Shown here: piece by piece, positions 1 through 12,808 of the stretch | How positions within the stretch are numbered: the first letter of the stretch is position 1 | Layout: each line of letters opens with the position of its first letter | Origin: Moniliella sp. 'wahieum' | Taxonomy: Eukaryota | DNA: 64,000 bases | NCBI GenBank assembly: GCA_003971905.1 | Contig: RSEE01000083.1 | Location: 62,001-126,000, forward strand | Reading direction: 5' to 3' | Notes under the pieces: model-generated | Told to the model about the DNA's origin: nothing | Database searches by the model: none | Seen by the model: only the letters and a program-made list of their open reading frames with translations | Made by a program: the position numbers and the translations under genes

Positions 1-739
1 TGACTACAAGAGTGCTACGCAACAGAGCAATCCGTCATGGAGCACCAGTCTCAAAGTGTTGCACATCTTGCAGGAACATTATTGCGAGCGCTTGGGTCGC
101 GCCTGCATCTCCAACGTACCTTGGTTTAGTGCGTATCAGTATTCCTTTCTTTCCTTTTTTCTTTCCCTCTCCATCTCTCTCCCTCTGCCCCCCTTCCTCC
201 TCATAACCTGCGGGGATGATCGAGGAGGAGGGTGCGGAGGAGGGAGAGAGGCATAGAACCCCTTGGGGCCAATCCACTAACTAACCCCTTCTTCTTCCCC
301 CCCCCCCCTCTTAACCCTCCTTACCATTACCATTACCCTTTCCAGTCAACATGTTCTACACGGCCATCCGTCCGCTACTCGATCCGGTCACCAAGGAGAA
401 ATTCAATTCAACATCCCCATGACTGATGCGGTTCCTGCCGAGCAATTGGACTCGGACTGGGCTGGGGGTCGGTACCACTTTGTCTTTGACGCGCCCACCT
501 ATTGGAGCCAACTGACCGAGTTTTGTGGGATTGCGGGCAATGGTGCCCGGACCCATCCTTCCTTTGCTCGTGCTGCCCCGGACACCAAATCGCCCGCTGC
601 TACAACGACGGCGACTGCGACGACGGCTCCGGCGGAGCCTGCGACAGCACCTGGCGTCTCGCCGCCGTCGAGTGAGAGTCCGAGCCAGTCGGGCCAGACC
701 ACGTTGGCCGCGGCTAGTGCGACGGGGGACAGTGCCTAA
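1..739 (+). CDS. Sec14/CRAL-TRIO phosphatidylinositol transfer protein (PDR16/PDR17-like), 3' part; 5' end lies outside the window
   Basis: Translation DYKSATQQSNPSWSTSLKVLHILQEHYCERLGRACISNVPWF, then an intron at ~129-345 (gtgcgt...actaac...ccag), then INMFYTAIRPLLDPVTKEK and, after a frameshift, PAEQLDSDWAGGRYHFVFD. This matches the CRAL-TRIO pattern LQxHYPERLG / DPxTxxK / QLxxxxGG. Stop at 739. Confidence 0.8.
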
Positions 740-1492
740 GCAGCCCTGTCTGCTTTCTCCTTGCCGGCTTTTGTTTGCTCTTGCTCTGCCCCCGGTATGA
801 AGGAGCGTTCGAGGTAGGCATGGTATGCACATGTGCCAACGGACCGTTTCGTCTCGTAGCCTATTCGCCTGTCTTACCCCTGCCGAGCCTTGGCTGGTCC
901 TGCCTCTCTTGTCCTTGCTTGTCCTGGGCATGGGCATGATCTTGGTCTTGGCCTTGGGCTTGGGCTGGGACTGGCTGCTGTGCCCTGTTCGTGCATCACG
1001 TGGGATCCTCTGACTGCTAATACCCGAGAGACCCCCCACCCACCTGCGTCCAGTCTTTATTTTTCCCCCACTCGCTTTTTTTTCTTTCTCTCTCTTTTTA
1101 TCCCCCTCTTGTCCCCCTCATCCGTATTTCGCTCACAGCGTCTTCCGCACTGTCATTGTCCCCACTCGTTCTGCTTTCTTTCCTCTCGTCTCTCGCCTTT
1201 GCCCGTCCGCTCTGAAGCTCAGTCACTAGTCACCAGTCCGCACTCAATCCACCTGAGTATGTTTGTATGTATGTGGTGGTAGCTTGGGTCGCGGCTAGGC
1301 TTCGGTTTCGGTTTTGGTTTTGGTTGTTTCTCTACTGCCAGCGCCCGCGGCGGGAAAGGGGCTGGAAAAGGCTAGTACAGCAATGTACACGCCGCGCCCA
1401 CAAACATATCCATACAAACAGCATCGATTCATCTAGTACAAACGCACCCGCCAACTGCGAGGGACCAAGTCAGGAAAGACCCGGCACCTCTC

Positions 1493-2451
1493 ATGTCAGC
1501 GGTAGCAATCTTGGTAGTAACGTTCGGAACAATAGGGCGGGGTCAGCGAGGTAAAAGAGGATTTGGAGGGGGAGAAAGAGGGGTTAATTGGTTAGACCGA
1601 CGTGGCGCGGGGCGGGCGAGCCGGCGGGGCAAACGAGAAGGCCGTATCGAGAAGCGGTTTGGGGTCCTTCTTGTGGTGCGACTGACGACGGTGAGATTTG
1701 GTGCCGGGGGGAACAACGGGAGGGAAGTAAGCCAACTCGTCGTGCGCGGGGAGCGGCTTGGCCTCGGCCGGAGGAGGCGGGACGGTGCGGCAGGCGGTCG
1801 GGGCGTGCAGAGGAACTGACAAGCCCGCCTGTTGTTTTCTTGTTGGCCGCCATGGCTTGCCTATACTCTTCCAGCGTAAGCATTCTCTCTTCTGCGACGG
1901 GCTGAGCCGCCGCCAGCCCGGCAGTGGCAGCAGCAGCGGGGCAGCTGTCGAGGCAGAGGGGGGAGCAGCATCGTGGCGGGAGCGCATGCCGTGCCTCGTG
2001 CTCTGCATCTTCCGTAGCCATGTGCTCGTCCAGCCATTCGCGACTGGCATCGGCGCCGCCCCAGCCTTGGGCCACCGTCTTGGCTGTGTCGCGGTGGGCC
2101 GTCATGCTGTGCCGGTCCATGCGGCGACCATTGTGATGGAGCCGGGGTTGGGCATGCGCTTGGCCTGGGGAGGCAAGACGTAGAGGCCGGTCTGGGGTTA
2201 GCTACTACGCGTGGAATTGGGCGCCAGGAGGAGGTATAACGTAGAAGGAAAGAAAGCGGGGAGTATTGAGATAGAAGGCCACGTACGGTGCGACGAGCGG
2301 AGCGGGGCAGTGGGGCGCGGCACATTGCCGGCGGCGGCAAGGAGGTGTCGGGGGGCTGGGGGTGTGGACGACAGCTGGCGGCGGGCGGGCTTGCGTGGGC
2401 GACGGGGGGCGGAGGTGAGCACGGCAAGGGGTTGGAGGTGGTGATGCTCAT
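1493..2451 (-). CDS. Stm1/HABP4-PAI-RBP1 (SERBP1-like) ribosome/RNA-binding protein; frameshifted, 3' end approximate
   Basis: The N-terminus reads MSITTSNP(F)AVL with a one-base correction, like the Stm1-type 'MS..NPFxLL'. Intron ~2286-2192 (gtacgt...gctaaccccag). The core RRMDRHSMTAHRDTAKTVAQGWGG and EERMLTLEEY resemble the HABP4 family motifs DRHS...GWG and TLxEY. Confidence 0.55.
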
Positions 2452-3052
2452 GGGTGGGGGGGCGCAGGGGATGGAGATACGCGAGAAAGAGGCGGAGGAT
2501 GGGGGTTATCTGCTGGGCGGGCGCCGGGGGGGGCTGTGGGGTGGGGAGAGGCAAGAGAGCGGGGTGGTGGGCCGTGCGCAGAGGGAAGAAGGCATGGCGC
2601 GAGTCGAGTGGCCAACGGGAGGCGTGGAGAGACGACTCGGAGGTGCGCTCGAACCACCCACCGTAGTGCGGCTTTATTCCGTCGCATGGGGCGACTGGCT
2701 GGGGCCACCAGGCGGCCTCCGCAGCCACCCCCGCAGCCACCACGCAGCCACAAGGGGGTGGGAATGGCAGTCCTCCCACGACCACCCATCCACGTCATTC
2801 CACCATCATATTCACTCCTCCTAATCATCCCACATCCGTCGCTCCTCCTTGCGCTGGGGACAACAAGAGGTGGGCCAACCCAACCAACCCCGCAAGCACC
2901 ATGGCTCCCGCACTGCGCCCCTCTCCCGCAAGCTAACCCTAGAACAGGCCAGCCCCCCAGTGCAACCCCATACGAGTGGCCCAGCACTGGCGCAACGCTA
3001 GTATTGCTTCCTACATGGCTGGCAATATAATAACCAACAGAAGGATCAGTGA

Positions 3053-3130
3053 TCAGTACTCAGTCTCAGTACTCAGTACTCAGTACTCAGTCTCGTACTC
3101 AGTACTCAGTACAGTACTCAGTACATCAGT
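3053..3130. repeat. (AGTACTC)n 7-bp tandem microrepeat, intergenic
   Basis: cagtactcagtctcagtactcagtactcagtactcag..., about 10 imperfect units. Confidence 0.85.
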
Positions 3131-3579
3131 ACAGAACCCCTGCCGTTCGTCCCCGTCTCGCCCGAGGAGATCCTCAGCGATCATCGATCTCATCAGCCAA
3201 CTAGGGCACGCTTTTGGGGTTATGCGTGCAATAATCCAGGAGGGAGTGCGTCCATCAGAGGCGAGAGACGGACGGGGGTCTGCTGCACCCAGCGGTTTGG
3301 AGGGGAGAGCGCTCTTGCCTCCATCTTCTGATTCTGGCTGCCTCAACAAGGGCGGATTCGCTCACCGCTGGTCCAGCAGGCCAGAGAGGCTCAGAACGGT
3401 TATATTGACAGAGGGCCGGCAGCGCCCCCGGGTGGATGCCGTCATCCAAGCGCGGGTCACGTGCCTGGGCTGGTCACGGGGGGGGGCGTCGCGTCGGGCG
3501 GAGTGCGCCGGATTGTTACCGACGCCGATCCTCCTCCACCTCGTCCCGCCTTGCTGGCTGGTTGGTCGGTGTGTGCGCG

Positions 3580-6500
3580 ATGGCCGACGCGCTCCTGGCC
3601 GACGGCTGCTCTGCCCAGCACTTCTTCCACGCCGTCCCGCTCCGTCGCAGCAGCGCGCCGCCGTCACCTTCCCCGCCGGCCACTCTCTCCAGATCCTCGC
3701 TGGCCCCGGGAGCAAGACGCGCACGCTGACTGCCCGCGTTGCCTTTCTCGTTGCCGTCGGCGCATTGACCCGGCGAGCATCTACTTGTCACATTCACCAA
3801 TCGTGCGGCGCAGGAGATGCGCAGCCGTCTGGAGCGGCTGCTGGGCTCTGCGCGCACCAACCAGCTCCGCATGGGCACTTTCACAGTATCTGTCTCCGCT
3901 TCTGCGCCGCTACGCCCGTCTCCATCCGACGCTTGCCACTGCCAACTTCTTGTGATTGACGAGAATGAGCGCGGAAGCTCGTTACCCACATCCTCGCATC
4001 CCCACGCCGTTCTCTGCCCTGACAGCCTCTCGCGATCTCTCCTCTCTCTCCCGACGATGCGGTGTCCGACGAGGAAGCCAGCGGCGACGTTGCCGTCGGC
4101 TCTTCCAGTCCAAAGCCCTCAAGCCGGTCCAGCTGCGCAAGCAAATATCCAAATGGAAGACGTTTAAAAAAACCGTGGCCGAGGCGCAGCAGGACGCGCG
4201 GCGCGCGCGACCTCAATGCCGAGCTGGCAGCATGGGTGTACGAGCAATACGATGCGCGGCTTGCCGCGCTGGGCGCACTGGACTTTGACGATTTGATTCT
4301 CCGTGGGATTGAGCTGTTGGAGGCGCACCGGAGTGGTGGCGGATGTGACGGAGGTGCTGGTGGATGAGTTTCAAGACACGTCGGCGGGGCAGCTGGATTT
4401 GGTCACGTTGCTGGCTTGCCAACGTCGGTCTCTTACCGTGGTAGGCGACCCGGACCAAAGTATCTACGCATGGCGCGCGGCGAACCGGAGCAACCTGGAG
4501 AAGATGCATGCCTCTATGGCGAGCCGACCGGACCGGATGGGACCAAGGCGGTGGCGACCATCTTGCTTGAAGAATCCTACCGTTCCGCCGGCAGCATTCT
4601 CCAATTGGCCCATTTGTGATTGAACAGGACCGACACGGCCGGTGGCCAAAACTTTGGTGCCGTGCACCCTGCCGGTCCGCCTCCGACCATCCTGGCGTTT
4701 GATTCGGCACAAGACGAAGCTCGCTGGACCGCGCAGCAGATTAACGAGATGGTAAGCGAGTCGGGGGGTTGATCCGATACAATGATGTTGCGATCTTGGT
4801 TTTCCAATGCGCTCTCTTCCTTTGAGACGTTTGCCGAAGCGCACATTCCCGTCCGGTTGTTGGGCACGGTAGCCTTTTTCCAGCGGCAAGAAGGTGGTGG
4901 ATTTGGTCTCGTACCTGCATCTCGTCTACAACCCCTTGTTCACCCCCATCGTTTGGAACGCGTCATCAACGTTCCTTCGCGCAAGTCGGCCGGCCTTTGT
5001 CCGGACTTTGTCGCTCTGCCCAGAGCAAGGGGGAGGCACCGATGGTCATGCGGAAAAGTGGCTTTGGACAGGTTGCGCCCGATACGCACGTGCTGAAACC
5101 GGAGCGCTTGACAGCCTTGACAGGTTGCTTCGATCATCATCCGAGCTCGAAAGATGGTGCGGGCAGGACGGCCGCTGGCGTTGGTGCTCAAGTGGATCAT
5201 CCAGACCAGCCACTACGATGTCAAGTTGGAGAGATTGAAGGGGAGGAGCGAACGAGTCGGATGGAAAACGTGTTGGAACTCATCACGATTGCCGCAGAGC
5301 TGGATGGGATCCAAAGCGACCCGAGAGGGAGAGCAAGGGGAATGACCAAAGGAAGAGGAAGAACAAATGAAGGGGCAGGGGCGGGGCGGAGCAAGATCAG
5401 GATCGGGAAGGACATCAGGAGGAGGAGGAGCTTCTTCAGTTCCACTTCCCACCTGTCCGACCAAGCGAACTTGTCAGCCCCATCGCGCGGCCCGCTCGCC
5501 TCTGATCCGGGCAAGACGGATATGGCCACTATGCTCGACATGTGGCTGGACACGATGGACGTGGAAGAGGATGCTCCGCCCACGCTCAAGGACCCATCGG
5601 GCCCGCACGACGCGTTTCATCAATTTTTCGGTCTGAAACGGCCTCGTGACGAAACAGGACTAGTACGCCTACCGCTCCTAAGCAGCCCCGCACCCGTCTG
5701 GGCTCCCCGCCTCGTCCCGAGGCCGGGAGGGGGATGGGGATCGGGATCGGGATCGGGATCGGGATCGGGATCGGGATTGGGATCAGGAGGAGGAAACGCG
5801 CGATCCCGATGCGCCAGGCGGGTCGATGGATAAGCTAGGCGAGTTCGTTTCGATGGCCAGCCTGAGCTCGCAAAACGGGGCGGACGAAAAGGTATCGTGT
5901 GTGACCGTGTCAAGCTGCCACGGTGCCAAGGGGCTCGAGTGGCCTGTGGTGTTTGTCGCTGGGTGCGAGGAAGGCGTGTTTCCCTCGCGCTGGAGCGGCG
6001 ACCTGGAGGAAGAGACGCGGCTCTTGTTTGTCGCCTTGACGCGGGCCGAGGCGCTGCTGTTTATCACCTGTGCCAATACCCGTACGCAGGGCAACCGGAC
6101 GAGCGTGAATGGCCTGACGCGGCTGCTGCGCAACCCGCGTTGGTCCCCCGGCTCGCCCGTCGACTTTGTGCATCCCAAAGTGAAGGCCGTGGTGGCGTTG
6201 GAGCCAGACCGGTTTGTGCGCCAGATCGAGGCATGCGCCACCATATTGAACCGCCCTGTTCCCACCATGGAGGCCCGACGAGCCTGTAAGAAAGAGTACG
6301 TGCCCCCCCCCCCTCTCCCCCTCCTCCCTTCCCTCTGCTCGAAGCAAGTGTCCAGCGTGGAGCGCTTCGAACCCGGCACCTAACCCCATCTTGGTATCTT
6401 GCTTTCCCAAAGGTTTGTCCAGCGTGTCCAGGGTCTCACTGGTGTGCGTCGGCCCCGACGAGAGCGGAGCGCGTCCAGCCGCGAGCCTTGTGCTGCCCTC

Positions 6501-7259
6501 GGCCGCGGCGGACGCGGGAACGCCAAGGATGGGCTCCCGGATGGGCTCCCGGATGGGCTCCCGGATGGGCTCCCAGATGGGCTACCAACCGGCCTGGTCC
6601 GGTACGATGTCTGCTCTCAGGGCTACCGTAGCTCGCCTGACCCCGTTTCTCAATCTCAAGGCTATGCCGCCTCTTTACCTGGCTTCTTGTCGGCGCGCCT
6701 GCTCCCGCTCGCTCCTACCTCTTGTCCCCCATCGGGTGCTGCGCCTGCACCTCCAACCAGGGCCTCGGGCTTTGCGACCCAAGCGCGAAACGGGGCGCCC
6801 ACGACAACGCCCTTTCCCCTGCCCTTGCCCACCTCGAGCCACGCCGCTGCCGCAGTTGATTGCTGCGCAGGGCAGCACCAGTCGCGCGAGCGGCTTGGGG
6901 CGAGGCTTGGCTCGGCCTACGGGTGCCTCACGACGCGCACCAGCTCGGTCGGGCCCAGCTGCTTTCAAACCGCCGTCGCGCGTCCTTCCTACTCTGCCGC
7001 CGTGTCCACTACCACACCCACTACCACACCCACTGCCACACCCGTTGCGAAGCCCACTGCCACATCCGTTGCGAAGCCCACTGCCAAGCCCACTGCCAAG
7101 TCGACAGGTCCCGCCCAGCCGCCCCGTCTGCGCACCGATATCCCGGGCAACAGCAGCAACAGCAGTAGCACTCCCACGCAAGTGCGCGGCCTGGATCGCT
7201 GTCGGGGGGGCAGGCAAATCGGTGTCCTCCCACGGGCGGATCTAAGTGCTGAATGCTGA
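3580..7259 (+). CDS. SRS2: UvrD/Rep superfamily 1 DNA helicase, Srs2-like; multiple frameshifts
   Basis: Helicase motifs occur in order across frames: QQRAAVT...LQILAGPGS(G)KTRTLTARVA, LDFDDLI, VLVDEFQDT, VVGDPDQSIYAWR, LEESYRS, CHGAKGLEWPVVFV, EETRLLFVALTRA. A long low-complexity C-terminal tail follows. Orthology to SRS2 is inferred. Confidence 0.8.
6527..6582 (+). repeat. 12-bp coding tandem repeat (ggatgggctccc) in the helicase tail
   Basis: About 4-5 consecutive copies. A second 12-bp-based repeat (ccactgccaagc/ccactaccacac) lies at ~7005-7100. Confidence 0.8.
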
Positions 7260-7427
7260 CAGGGATACCAAGCCAGAGGAGCGGGTCCTACGTGAATCTA
7301 GTAGAGTTAACTGACGGTTCCTGTGCAAACATACTCTGCTACTCGCAACGCAGACGAGGGACTCCAACTGAGGCAGAGCGAGTCGGAGTTGAGCAAGTCG
7401 AGCTCAGCTTGAGCGCTCATTCAGTAT

Positions 7428-9292
7428 TCAGATCTCAGATGCAATTACTTGGGCTCGTTGTCCGCGTCGGACAAAGGCAGGGGCCGCAGGTGGGAGCGGT
7501 GGGAAGCGGGGGGGGCAGCAGAAGCGGAAGATCTCGAGCCAGATACTGAACCGATACCGAGTCCGATCCCGATCCCGATCCCGATCCCGAGCTGGACCGA
7601 CGCCGTGCGTCGTCTTGCTCATGGTCCGCATCAAACACCTCGTGGGCATCCTCGTCGAAATCGTATTGTCCTCCTGGTTCTTCGCCCGTAGGTACCTGAG
7701 TGTAGGCCGAGTGTGCGTTGGCGCATGCTGATACCCATGCCCATATCCATATCCATGTCCATGTCCATGTCCATGCTCGTCGCGCCCGACCGATCCTGAT
7801 CTGGTTGTCCGGACGGCGTGAGGCCCATGACGATCCGGTAGCGCACCAGTTGTACATCCGATCCCGACCAAGGTGATGCAAAGGCCCGTGACGTTGATGG
7901 GGGTCAACTCGTCGCCAAACAAGGTGCTGGCCACGATGACGGTGACGACTTCTTTAAAGATCCCCGCAACGGAGAGGGTGACGACACTAGTGCGTTGGAT
8001 CAGCGTGTACTCGGACATGTTCATGGCAAAGGCCAAGAGACCCGGGAAGGCGATCATGCCCAAGGTGCGTATGGCTTGGCCCAGCGAGCCAAAGTGGCCA
8101 TTGGCAAGGAAGATGGAGCGCCAAGATTCGAGGGCCAAGCTGACTACGATCAAGCCGGCGGCCATGATGGGTGAAAGCCAAAAGATGGTGCCAAGGGATG
8201 CGAAAGGCCCATACCACGCTTATCGAGCAAAAGTTGGGTCAAGGCCCAGCGCAATCCACCCATGCTGCTTGCCGTCAACACCTCCACCGCGCCCACCAGC
8301 ACAAACTTGGTCTCAGCCGCGACCATCATGATCACGCCCGCGGTGATGATTGCAATCACGCCAATCAGGCGCCAGCTGATCACTTCCAGTCGGAAGAGAA
8401 AGGCAAAGAGAAGCACGAACGCAAGGTTGGAGGACTTGCACATGGCTGATCCGGTAGCACCGAGCAAGCAAACGGGTGGGCGTTAGTAGACGATCCAGTC
8501 CACGCACACACATAGAGCGAGAGAGCGCGAGGGAGAGAAAGGAAGGGAAAAGGGGAGGGGAGGAGGGCGTACTGTAAAGGTCAAGGTGATGGTCTTGAGA
8601 CTAAGATTAGACAGACCAATGTCGAGCGCGCGTAGCGAGGGCGCAGGGGCGACCTTGGTAGCCCAGTCGGGGAACGAGGGCCGTAACCTCTTGCCCGTGT
8701 CGGGGTTGCGGGGCACGATAGCGTCGCCCAGCAGCTGGCGAGCAGCAGGCCAGACAGACGAACTGAAGAACCATGTGCATCGAGGTGACAAAGAGCGGGA
8801 AGGAGAAGTTGTAGTAGTTGGGGGAGAACATCCACTTGTTGTACACGCTGATCAGCGTCGAGAAGATATCTGGCAAAGGCAAGACAAAGGCAAGGCAGGC
8901 CGACCGAGGGACAGGCCAAGGAGTCCAAAGTAAGAAGCATGAAGAAAGGCCCAGGGGAGGGAGCACAGAGGGGACGCACACCAGGCCAGGATGGGCGACG
9001 TTGACGGCAGCGTTGCGCCAGTACAGCTGCCGCTTCTCTGCCGCCGAGCGCCCGCGCAGGCCGGTGCCAAAGGGGGGCATCGACTGGGGCAGGGGTGATG
9101 GGGGCGGGGGGCAAAGACGGCGCCGAGAGGTTGGGGTGCGCCGAGGCGAGCGCCGGGTGGGGGTCGTCGTCGTCGTCGCTGTCGTGGTCAGATGGGAGGG
9201 CGGAGGGGTGGGGGGGCCGGGGGGGGGGGGGCGAGCAGGGCGGCGTGGGCGGAGGGGTAGGGGGAGGCGGGGATGGGCGAGAGGGCGCGCAT
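7428..9292 (-). CDS. Triose-phosphate/nucleotide-sugar transporter family (TPT, YMD8/SLC35C2-like); introns and frameshifts, 3' end approximate
   Basis: STLISVYNKWMFSPNYYNFSFPLFVTSMHMVLQF, DIGLSNLSLKTITLTF, MCKSSNLAFVLLFAFLFRLE, GGLRWALTQLLL, EYTLIQRTSVVTLSVAGIFKEV; many hydrophobic segments. Confidence 0.88.
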
Positions 9293-9442
9293 GGTGGGCG
9301 TGCGGGGGGCGGGCGTGCGCGCGGCGGTGGCGGTGGCGGTGGTGTGGGCGGTTATAAGGCCTACGCGGCGGCCATGGAGGTGTTGGAGGCGGCGAGCAGA
9401 GCGCCGAGTCTTCCGCTGGCCAGCCGACAGCGCCAACCCCCG

Positions 9443-9450
9443 TCACGTGA
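9443..9450. promoter_or_regulatory. E-box TCACGTGA in the divergent TPT/IST1 promoter
   Basis: A perfect palindrome near the middle of the ~260-bp gap between two divergent ATGs (9292 and 9554). The same motif recurs in other promoters of this window. Confidence 0.5.
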
Positions 9451-9553
9451 TGGGGCGGCCACCGCCTCCTCATTACGTACGTCGGCGCCCCTCGCCGCCC
9501 TCGGTCGCCCTCCCTGGAGGGACCACTCACCCTCCACCGCGTGCACCCCCCCC

Positions 9554-10416
9554 ATGTCCCGCGCCCCCCCCTGGAGCGCCGCGCGCGCAAGGTGCAGCTC
9601 CGCCTCGCCTCCGAGCGCACCCGCACCCTCCAGGCCAAGCTCGAGGCGATGCAGAAGGCCGACCGCAAGGCGCTGGCCGCGCTCGTCGAGAAGGGCAAGC
9701 TCGAGGCAGCGCAGGTGCGCACCGAGGCGCTGATCAATACCGACGTGCACATCGAGCTGCTCGAGCTGCTCGAGTTGTATACCGATACGCTGCTGGCCCG
9801 CTTTGCCCTGCTGGACAACATGCTGAATGCGACGCATGTCGCTGACCCGACGCTGCCTTGGCCGATGCCTTGGCTTCGGTGCTGTATGCCTCGCCACACA
9901 CCGAGCTGCGCGAGCTGCACCAGCTGCGCGAGGCGCTGTCGCTGCGCTTGCCCCGAGACTGGGCCTTGGCCGCGATCGAGGGCGACGAAAAGCTTGTGCC
10001 GGCCCGGATCCTGAACAAGGTGCGCTTCGCCACCCAGCCCCCGGACCCGGTCTTGGTTGATGCCTACATTGCGGAGATTTGCAGTGCATACAATGTCGCC
10101 TTTACCCGACCCACCTGCCCCCCGACCCGACCCCGCCTCCTCCGCTGTATCTGGAAGACGAGGGGGACAAGGACAAGGAGGAGAGCAAGAACTCGGGCGC
10201 GACAAGGACAAGGACAAGGACAAGGAAGGCGAGCACGGCGCTGATGCGGGTGGGCCGCAGGAGGGCGACAGCAAGGCCAAGCCGGTGGCCGGCGCGAGAG
10301 ACGGCGGCGCGACCGGCAGCGGCCGCGGCGCCGGCCAAGCCAGCGTCGAAAAAGCACAGGAAGACGATGCGCTGGCGGGTCTGGAAGCGCGGTTTGCGTC
10401 GCTGAAGCGGAGGTGA
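9554..10416 (+). CDS. IST1: IST1, ESCRT-III-associated regulator of Vps4; frameshifted
   Basis: KVQLRLASERTRTLQAKLEA...GKLEAAQVRTEALINTDVHIELLELLELYTDTLLARF, ALASVLYASPHTELRELHQLR, LVDAYIAEI, and a C-terminal MIM-like LEARFASLKRR*. Confidence 0.88.
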
Positions 10417-10698
10417 GAGCGGCGGCGCTGGGTCGGATGGGCGGCGGACACAGCCGGGGGGCGCTTCTACAACGCATTGGCCAGCGGGGCTGTCTGTCGG
10501 GGGGGGTGGGGCATAGATAGTGTCGCAGTTGCAGTTTCCCCCTCAGATCTCACCCTTGCGTCATCGCCATCCATCCTGCGTCACGTGCCGCGATGTGAAA
10601 CTGCATGCCCACGTGACTGCGCGCCCACGCCCCGCCCACGCGTCGCTGCGCCCAACACGGGCGGCCTGCCCCACCCCCACCCCCCCCCCTCCCCCGCC

Positions 10699-11498
10699 AT
10701 GTCGCTCAACCCCCTCGAGGCCGGCATGCTGGCCAACATTGAGAAATGCGTCGAGGCCGTGTCGGTGTCGTGCCAGCACCTCGAGCTGGCCAATGGCGCG
10801 GTGGCCGAGGCGACGGCCGATTTGCCGCGGCTCAAGCGCGTCTTGGCCAACCAGCGCCACTTTGATCTGGTCAGCGTGTCCGAGCTGGCCAAGGCACGCG
10901 ACCACCTCAGCTCCGAGATCCAGCCCCAGATCCTCCAGCTTATCGAGAAGGCCAAGGAGAGCCTCGAGCGGGAGGAACGGCAGATGAAGACGCTCCGCAA
11001 CAAGGTCCGTTCTCCGTTCTCCCTCCATGATCCCCCCTTGTCTTCCTCCGTCCTATTTCCCATTTCCTTTTCCCCTCCCCCTTTCTCCCCCCCTCCCCCT
11101 GTTGCTCCATTTTACTCACCAACGCCCCCCCCCCCGCTTCCGTCCTGCAGACCATGCAACTTCAATCCCAACTCGACGAGGCGGGAATCAAGTTGGACCC
11201 CCGCCCCCCGCGCGCCGTGCGCCCGTCAAGACGGCCGCTTCGGTCGCGGCCGAGAGGGAGGTGCAGATGTTGCGGGCCAAAGTAGCAGCTGCCAGAAACG
11301 GCGCGAACTGTTCACGCGCGAGGTGTTGGCACTGGAAAAGGAGATTGTTTCTGTACGTATACGTGTTGGGTTCCGTCTCCTTCTCTCCCCCCTTTGTGTT
11401 TGGGACGCTCTTTTGCCGCCTCCCCCCCACAGCTCCTTCCAGTAGTCCGTATACTGACTCCCATCCATCGTGGCCGTCCGGTTCGGGGCGTAGGTATA
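10699..11498 (+). CDS. SPC19: DASH/Dam1 kinetochore complex subunit Spc19
   Basis: ADLPRLKRVLANQRHFDLVS...EIQPQILQLIEKAKESLEREERQMKTLRNK matches the Spc19 pattern DxPRLxxVL...EIxPQI. Introns ~11005-11150 and ~11353-11492. Confidence 0.75.
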
Positions 11499-12808
11499 AC
11501 CAACTAACGTTGTGGGCAGCTGTGTCCTTGCGCATGTACTCTATTCGATTTCCGTTGTGACTGTTGGTGATGCATCCCTAGATAGCTACAATAGATTGTT
11601 GCTCTACTCTCTGACCGCCGTCCGTGTGCAGTAAGGAGCCGACAAGGCCAAAGGAGAGAGACAGGCGATGACGAGACCAGCAGTTCATCCACCCGGAATG
11701 GCGTCCTCATTCTTGACTTACTCCACTTGCTTCACTTTCTCGACCTGCTTGACCTGTGCTCTGCGTGTGCTCGACCTCAATCGGGACCGAGATGGGGGGG
11801 GTGGAGGTCCACCGACCGATTCGGATTCCTCGTCCTAGCCCTGAGTGGAACCCAAGGCTAGCGTCACCTGTTGGTTCCGTGTCCCAAGCATATTGCGATT
11901 GGAATGTGGACGGCACACCCTCGGATCGAGAAGGCGCGAGGGGAAGGATGACGTGGTGAATTGTACGGCTACCCCTTGCCCACTAGCCCACTAGCCCACT
12001 TGCCCACTAGCCCATGTACCCTCTTGCCCACTTGCACCACTCTCCCTCTCGCTTGGATCTCGACCCGGCTCGCCGCATTGCACTGCCGGGCAAAGTGGGG
12101 GGGGCTGGTCTGTGCTGCCCCCACCCGTAACGCGAGAGTCGAGAGGCGAGGCGAAACCGAAGTCGAGTCGAGTCGAATCGAGCGAGTCGCAGGGCCCATC
12201 CTGCGCCGGCGCTGCAACCGAACGCTAGTTAGGCCGGGGCCACCAGTGGGTGGGGGTGGCCAGTCGGAGCTGAGCTCAGCTCAGCGCTCAGCCTGAGCGC
12301 TCAGAGGAAGAGGTGGCCCTAATACGATCTGATGAACCTACGAACCTATCATCATTAATCATTAGTACTCAGTACCGATCGAAGTGGCGAGGGAAGGACT
12401 CTGAATCGTACGCAGCTGACTCTACACTCTACCACCGCTGACACGTAGGCTACTCATACTCATAGTCATACTCATACTCAGTCTGAGTACTCAACTCACC
12501 ATGCATCCTGCCACATCCTGCATCAAACAGCGACAATGAGTACTGAGCAGCGATCACCTGTCGCACGGTACATGTCACAGTGACCAAAGCAAGAAAAAAT
12601 CCCATTCGCCCACCTCTCTCCTCTCTCCTCTCTCCTCTCTCCTCTCTCCGCGGGCGCAGTGGACGAAGGAGGATGGATCACAGCGCATCGTGCACCGTAC
12701 CGTGAGCCCGGGGGGACACTAGATACGTTGGAACGCACCGTTAGGGGGAAATTAGGAGCCGGATGAGGATGGACAGTCCCTGGCTGAGGGATGCCATACG
12801 CGGCGGAA

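Noticed and set aside
3697..3722. Helicase Walker A reads AGPGS-KT, lacking the Gly of GSGKT (possible inactive helicase)
   Set aside because: All other helicase motifs are intact and the window is full of small deletions, so a 3-bp read error in GC-rich sequence is more likely. Accurate reads are needed to decide.
12329..12405. TGATGA…CTGA pair as a C/D-box snoRNA (a weaker similar pair lies at ~40214-40276)
   Set aside because: I could not identify a terminal stem or rRNA-complementary guide; an Infernal/snoscan run would be needed.
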